Shown here: positions 60,866-64,000 of the stretch, piece by piece
Position numbering within the stretch: position 1 is the first letter of the stretch
Layout of the letters: the number at the start of each line of letters is the position of its first letter
Virus record (IMG/VR): IMGVR_UViG_3300035703_000080
Span: 3,850-67,849 of that record
DNA from: a virus
Length of the DNA: 64,000 nucleotides
Direction: 5' to 3' (one strand)
Program-made: the position numbers and the translations under genes
The notes under the pieces: model-generated
What the model was told of the DNA's origin: nothing
Databases searched by the model: none
The model's input: the letters and a program-made list of their open reading frames with translations, nothing else

Positions 60866-62283
60866 GCGGGATGGACAGCGACTTCAGCGGGTTTAGCTAC
60901 AGTGATAGTAATGCTAGCACGGGGTCTGATCAAACCCCCTCATACAACCCCGCTAACGATCCGACGACAGTCAACGATCCGTTCTCTTACTACGACCCTA
61001 ACACGGGTAGCTACTTTACTGACGCGCCGACCCCAACTGAAAGTGATACTGCGCCTGCGCCTGCGCCTGCGCCTGCGCCTACATCGCGGGGTCTTGCCCC
61101 GGTGCCCGACGCGCCTGTCACAAACTTCTCCTTCCCCACTGGGCAGAATCTTAACGACATTCTGTACGGCTCTTTTTTTAATGTTGCTCCGGTTTACACC
61201 CCTGGATATTTAGAAGAGCTGGCTGCGATTGATGGTTTTACTGTCCCCCCTATAGCTCCGCCGCCTACACCTGAACCCGCTCCCGCTCCCGCTCCCGCTC
61301 CCGCTCCCGCTCCCGTAGCTCCTGCTCCCGTAGCTCCTGCTCCCGTAGCTCCCGCTTCTGCTTCCACGACGTCCCCTGCCGTCCCTGGTGATTACGGGCA
61401 GAAAGTGTTCGAGGCGCTTGATTATGGTATTTCAGGTGTACAGACTGGCACCTCTGGGAAACCGCAACTAGAAGCACTTGTTGAAGCAGGTCTTGGAAAT
61501 GTCACGGGACTCAACCCCAACAACCCCGATCAGACTGCACAACAACTACTAAATACTTACAGCACGAGCGACTTCCTCGACAAGTACGGTCAGACGATCT
61601 TCTCTGCGCTGGGTCCTCCGGGGACAGGACTGTTGTTCGCTGCGAACCGAGGGCTGGGTGCCATCGCATCGGGGAAACTGACTCCCGGGCAGGCCATCAC
61701 AGATTTCGGTCTTGGGCTGGTCTCCGCCATGCTGGGAGTGCCCGCAGGCACGCTGCGCGGAGCGCTCAATGGTGACTTTGGTGCGGCAGCTTCCGCCACG
61801 GTGCAAGGGCTGCTGAATCGGCAGTTGTCGCAGGCCACGGGCATTCCCGGTCTGTTGACGGGTATCCTACTCAAAGAGTCCGGTGTCGGTCCTGCTGCGG
61901 GGAACTTGGCCGATAAGGCTGTCAGCGGTATCATCCCTGACCAGAACTGGGGTACGACAGACCTGCTGTCCTCCGGTATCGACAAGGGGCTGACAACGGT
62001 AGGCGACCTGTTCGACTTTGACTTCGACTTCGGCTCCGACAGCTCCACGCCTGTGACGACACCCTCCGCAGACCGGTCCATGTACGACTCTGGTGATGCC
62101 CCATCTATACCGGACGCAACGACACCGCCTGATGAGGAAGAAACAAAGCCCCCGATGGTGGGCGGCGGCACTCCAGAGGCATTCGCGGGGTACACCTCAC
62201 GCATACCGATCAGACGTTACATCGTGGAGACACCTGACGGGCCCCAGATCAAGTACGACTACGCCGAGATCCCCATCGGTTGA
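60862..62283 (+). CDS. Putative ejection protein with (PA)n low-complexity linkers
   Basis: 473-aa ORF, Gly-rich hydrophobic centre, tandem repeats at ~61050 and 61275-61350. Confidence 0.6.
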   Translation: MSGMDSDFSGFSYSDSNASTGSDQTPSYNPANDPTTVNDPFSYYDPNTGSYFTDAPTPTESDTAPAPAPAPAPTSRGLAPVPDAPVTNFSFPTGQNLNDILYGSFFNVAPVYTPGYLEELAAIDGFTVPPIAPPPTPEPAPAPAPAPAPAPVAPAPVAPAPVAPASASTTSPAVPGDYGQKVFEALDYGISGVQTGTSGKPQLEALVEAGLGNVTGLNPNNPDQTAQQLLNTYSTSDFLDKYGQTIFSALGPPGTGLLFAANRGLGAIASGKLTPGQAITDFGLGLVSAMLGVPAGTLRGALNGDFGAAASATVQGLLNRQLSQATGIPGLLTGILLKESGVGPAAGNLADKAVSGIIPDQNWGTTDLLSSGIDKGLTTVGDLFDFDFDFGSDSSTPVTTPSADRSMYDSGDAPSIPDATTPPDEEETKPPMVGGGTPEAFAGYTSRIPIRRYIVETPDGPQIKYDYAEIPIG

Positions 62284-62293
62284 GGAGAGATAG

Positions 62294-62968
62294 ATGATTG
62301 AGAACCCCGAAGATGAACTCCGCAGGCTCTTTCCCGTATCTACGCCGTATGTGGATGATTCCGGCACAGATCTGTTGGGGCTTGATTATTCCCAGTACAA
62401 AATCAACGAAGACCGAGATTACGGCACCAACTGGGGGGACTTTTTCTCTTCCCTCGGCAGGTCCGTTGCCGGTGCAGGTAAGGGCGTTGTCGACACCATC
62501 TTGAACCCATCCGGTTCGGGTCTGCTGGCGCTGATCGCGGCTTTGGCTTCGTCCAAAGAGCGGCTCCCAGCACGAGGTGGCGGCACGCGGATGGCCATGC
62601 CTGTTGTTCCCCGACGTGCAGCGATGGGCGGCATGATGCAGGCTTACGCCCAAGGGGGACAAGCCCGTGGCTACGCCCACGGGGGTCCTGTCCGCATGGA
62701 AGACGGTGGCTTCGTCCTGACCGAACGCGCAGTCCAAGGCGCTGGCGGTCCTCGTGGTCTGGCAGCGGTACTGCCCCAAGCACGCATGATCCGGGGCCCA
62801 GGTAACGGCACAAGCGACAGCATTCCCGCGACAATCAGTGGACCCAAGGGGCAGACTCCGGCCCGGGTGTCGAACGGTGAAGCCTACGTCCCTCGTAGTG
62901 CAGTGCAGCAAGCCGGGGGCCCCAAGCGAATGTACGGGCTGATGAGCGCCCTTGAGAGGAGAGCGTGA
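62294..62968 (+). CDS. Putative internal virion protein
   Basis: YAQGG/YAHGG, IRGPGNGTSDSIPA, ARVSNGEAY motifs; SD GAGGAG. Confidence 0.7.
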   Translation: MIENPEDELRRLFPVSTPYVDDSGTDLLGLDYSQYKINEDRDYGTNWGDFFSSLGRSVAGAGKGVVDTILNPSGSGLLALIAALASSKERLPARGGGTRMAMPVVPRRAAMGGMMQAYAQGGQARGYAHGGPVRMEDGGFVLTERAVQGAGGPRGLAAVLPQARMIRGPGNGTSDSIPATISGPKGQTPARVSNGEAYVPRSAVQQAGGPKRMYGLMSALERRA

Positions 62969-64000
62969 TGGCAACTGACGTCACCACTACCGGAACCGCA
63001 GCACCACTAGACCCCTCGCAGTCGACGCTCAGCGTCAACTTTGCGCCGTATGTCTACGACATGCTGGCCAAAGGGCAGGCTGCGGCCAACCTTGACTATC
63101 TACCGTACACCGGACAGCGGTATGCGGGCCCCTCTGCACTGGAATCTCAGGCGTTTACCGGCCTTGGTGCGCTCGGTCAGTTCAGTCCAACGCAGTTCAG
63201 CTCCGGCTACACGGCTCCCGGATTGTCTGGAGCTACGCAGTTTGGCAATCAGTTCGCCGCGCCGGGGGCGTACAGTCCAACGCAGTTCAGCTCCGGCTAC
63301 ACCGCACCTTCTCTGTCTCAAGCCACACAGTTCAGCAATCAGTTCATCTCCCCCGGTGCGTACAACGCTGCGCAGTTCAGTTCCGGCCTTGGAGCGGTAG
63401 GTTCGGTGCAGGACTACATGTCGCCGTATCTGTCCAATGTCACGGACATCGAGGCGCGGGAGGCGCGGAGGCAGGCGGACATCAGTCGCCAAGCGGAGCA
63501 GGCCCGCCTTGCACAAGCAGGGGCATTCGGCGGCAGCAGACAGGCCATCATGGAGGCCGAGCGCCAGCGCAATCTCGGGACGCAGATCGGGGATATTCGG
63601 ACCAAGGGCTTGCAGAGCGCCTACGACCGGGCACTGACCCAGCGTTTGCAGGAGTCCCAACTGGGACTTGAGGCTCAACGCGGGACGGAAGCATCTCGTC
63701 AGTTCGGTGCTCAACAGGGTATGACCGCTGCGCAACTTGCCGCCCAGTACGGGATGTCGGCACAGCAGGCACAAGAAACCGCCCGCCAGTTCCAAGAGCA
63801 ACAACGTGCCAGGGGGGCAGAGTTTGGCGCAACACAAGGACTTGAAGCCCAACGCCTTGGCGAATCTTCTCGCCAGTTCGGTGCCCAACAAGGCATGACC
63901 GCTGCGCAAGAAGCGGCGCGGTACGGGTTGGCAGGTCTGCAACAGACTGAAGCAGCGCGGCAGTTCCAAGAGCAACAACGTGCCAGGGGCGCGGAGTTTG
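62968..64000 (+). CDS. Putative DNA ejection protein, 3' truncated, with internal repeats
   Basis: ATG at 62968 overlaps the previous TGA; frame appears open to the window end; YMSPY and GAFGGSR motifs; 90-nt and 174-nt repeat units. Confidence 0.7.
   Translation, partial: MATDVTTTGTAAPLDPSQSTLSVNFAPYVYDMLAKGQAAANLDYLPYTGQRYAGPSALESQAFTGLGALGQFSPTQFSSGYTAPGLSGATQFGNQFAAPGAYSPTQFSSGYTAPSLSQATQFSNQFISPGAYNAAQFSSGLGAVGSVQDYMSPYLSNVTDIEAREARRQADISRQAEQARLAQAGAFGGSRQAIMEAERQRNLGTQIGDIRTKGLQSAYDRALTQRLQESQLGLEAQRGTEASRQFGAQQGMTAAQLAAQYGMSAQQAQETARQFQEQQRARGAEFGATQGLEAQRLGESSRQFGAQQGMTAAQEAARYGLAGLQQTEAARQFQEQQRARGAEF

Noticed and set aside
1-64000. tRNA, rRNA, integrase or RNA polymerase genes
   Set aside because: No cloverleaf/T-loop pattern or diagnostic protein motifs were noticed by eye; a tRNAscan/HMM run would be needed to be sure.

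Overview
This window covers most of a GC-rich, podovirus-like tailed dsDNA phage genome. It starts inside a giant internal-virion protein gene and ends inside ejection-protein genes. I saw no integrase, RNA polymerase, tRNA or CRISPR array. Layout: (i) 1-7821 (+) giant virion protein; (ii) 7.7-20.2 kb (-) replication module (primase-helicase, HTH regulator, SSB-like protein, SNF2 helicase, exonuclease, family A DNA polymerase, VRR-NUC); (iii) 20.2-35.2 kb (-) many small accessory/early genes; (iv) 35.5-64 kb (+) packaging, head, tail, lysis and ejection genes. Main observations: (1) The helicase and the polymerase each carry an intein with no recognisable endonuclease in its own frame. Each instead hides a complete endonuclease (Vsr/DUF559-like in one, HNH in the other) in the overlapping +1 frame, and both hidden ORFs stop at the same 13-mer, TAGTACACAACTG, which also encodes the intein's terminal V-H-N/C. 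(2) A tandem pair of ~165-nt non-coding elements at 20.2-20.55 kb has several covarying helices and pseudoknots. (3) Fourteen copies of an 18-bp palindrome, GGGGGACA-NN-TGTCCCCC, punctuate the early genes. (4) An LDLxF peptide appears split off the spike protein, triplicated in an upstream gene and copied into a tail protein. All product calls come from motif recognition by eye; no database search was run.
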